Positions 63,137 to 64,000 of a DNA stretch of 64,000 bases are shown piece after piece. The stretch comes from Auanema rhodensis (Eukaryota; Animalia; Nematoda), in contig OZ059894.1 in assembly GCA_964057225.1 (NCBI GenBank), forward strand, positions 11,408,001 through 11,472,000. Reading direction: 5' to 3'. The translations under genes and the position numbers were made by a program. Every line of letters starts with the position of its first letter. Position 1 is the stretch's first letter. The notes below the pieces were generated by a model, which had not been told where the DNA came from, made no database searches, and saw only the letters and a program-made list of their open reading frames with translations.

Positions 63137-63924
63137 TATTGAAGTAGATAATGTTTGTCCCGGAGGACTACAATATTAAAATAATTACTGAAGCCCGAAG
63201 GCAGCGAGAAATAGTAAGGATACTACCTGCACTGAGTGCGTCGTATCATAAAAAAAGAGATAGCTAATGGGCAAGTTGAAGAGCTTGAAATTAACAATGA
63301 CGTCACTAGAAGTAAAGTTTTCTATCTGCAGCTGCGGGTAAAGAGGGTCAGCGTAAGCAGAATTCAATTCTACCAACAATTAGTGGGAACATTGAGAGAA
63401 CAGATGAAGGAGGAAATTGTAACTTCAAGTAAAATAGATTATATCTTCAGCTGCGGGTAAAGAGAGTCAGCTTTGTACAGATTACTAGTTTACATAAGAA
63501 GTGGTAACATTTCAAAAAAGGAGCACAACATAAAAAACGAGACTACGGACTATGAGGTAAATGTTATCATTGTCTGGATCGATGATTCGGCATTTGATTG
63601 CAGCTGCGGATTGAGTGGATCAGCTTGCATGGCGTCCGCATTCGACATCAGGGAAAATGATGAGTTTCTTGAGGTCCGGCTCGGCGGGCTGTTATGTCCT
63701 ATTCCCTGTTGATGGTGTTGTTGTCCTTGAGCTTGTTCTTCTTCCCAGAAAAAAAAAAACTGTGAAGCTGAAGAGTCCTATTAAACGTCTTTAAACGCAA
63801 GATTAATAAGAAGCTACTACAGCTAACACAGGACCGCCTCAAGGCCTGGTAGATCAACCAGTGTTGCTTCAATCACCAAGTATTGCGGCCTGGGCCCTTG
63901 GATCAATTCACAACACCAGTATAG
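63137..63924 (-). mobile_element. Element B: 788-bp U2-targeted, probably non-autonomous retroelement
   Basis: Inserted at the same U2 site; flanked by duplicated U2 nt 39-79; ends TCAATAA; no RT or endonuclease ORF. Confidence 0.8.
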
Positions 63925-64000
63925 CAATGGAACACATATCGAAGGTTAATTCGATAAGAACGATTACTACACTTTGATCTTAGCCAAAAGGCCGAGAAGC
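63925..64000 (-). pseudogene. U2: U2 snRNA nt 4-79 fused to element B 5' end (cut by window edge)
   Basis: CAATGGAACACATATC...GCCGAGAAGC matches U2. Confidence 0.92.

Larger units (their letters stand above)
1..64000 (-). repeat. Tandem 5S-5S-U2 snRNA gene array, ~2.48-kb unit, 18 U2 loci, continuing beyond both window edges
   Basis: Near-identical blocks recur every ~2465-2500 bp (e.g. 2045/4524/7003/9490/11981/14462). Length differences come from the (TA)n tract, retroelement insertions and a few deletions. Confidence 0.98.

Noticed and set aside
63185-63712. Short ORFs in element B as protein genes
   Set aside because: 64-79 aa, on both strands, no domain motifs; resemblance of ADPLNPQL to Utopia MDPLNGQAL is too short to trust
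1-64000. CRISPR-like or prokaryotic repeat system
   Set aside because: Repeats are kilobase units of eukaryotic RNA genes with identical spacers; no cas genes

Overview
Eukaryotic tandem array, probably from a nematode judging by the 5S and U2 sequences. The ~2.48-kb unit carries two 5S rRNA genes (360-bp sub-repeat), one U2 snRNA gene, a variable (TA)n tract and an AT-rich spacer, all on the minus strand. The window holds 33 complete and 1 partial 5S genes and 18 U2 loci. Six U2 loci are interrupted at the same site, at the 3' edge of the branch-point recognition motif GTAGTA, by a ~3.7-kb non-LTR retrotransposon. Its single 1092-aa ORF has zinc fingers, RT and a restriction-like endonuclease, which fits the U2-targeting Utopia family. 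Four less obvious points: (1) each copy is preceded by U2 sequence running to nt 96, so U2 nt ~38-96 is duplicated and an intact target site is rebuilt at the element's own 5' end; (2) at the right edge a second, 788-bp element without an RT/endonuclease ORF ('element B') sits in such a rebuilt site, with its own U2 leader (to nt 79) and a 3' end resembling Utopia's; (3) a diverged head-to-tail junction of element B is fixed in the spacer of nearly every unit; (4) the U2 genes read GTAGTA-ATC-GTTCTT instead of the usual GTAGTA-TCT-GTTCTT at the target. All coordinates and counts were read by eye; no database searches were run.
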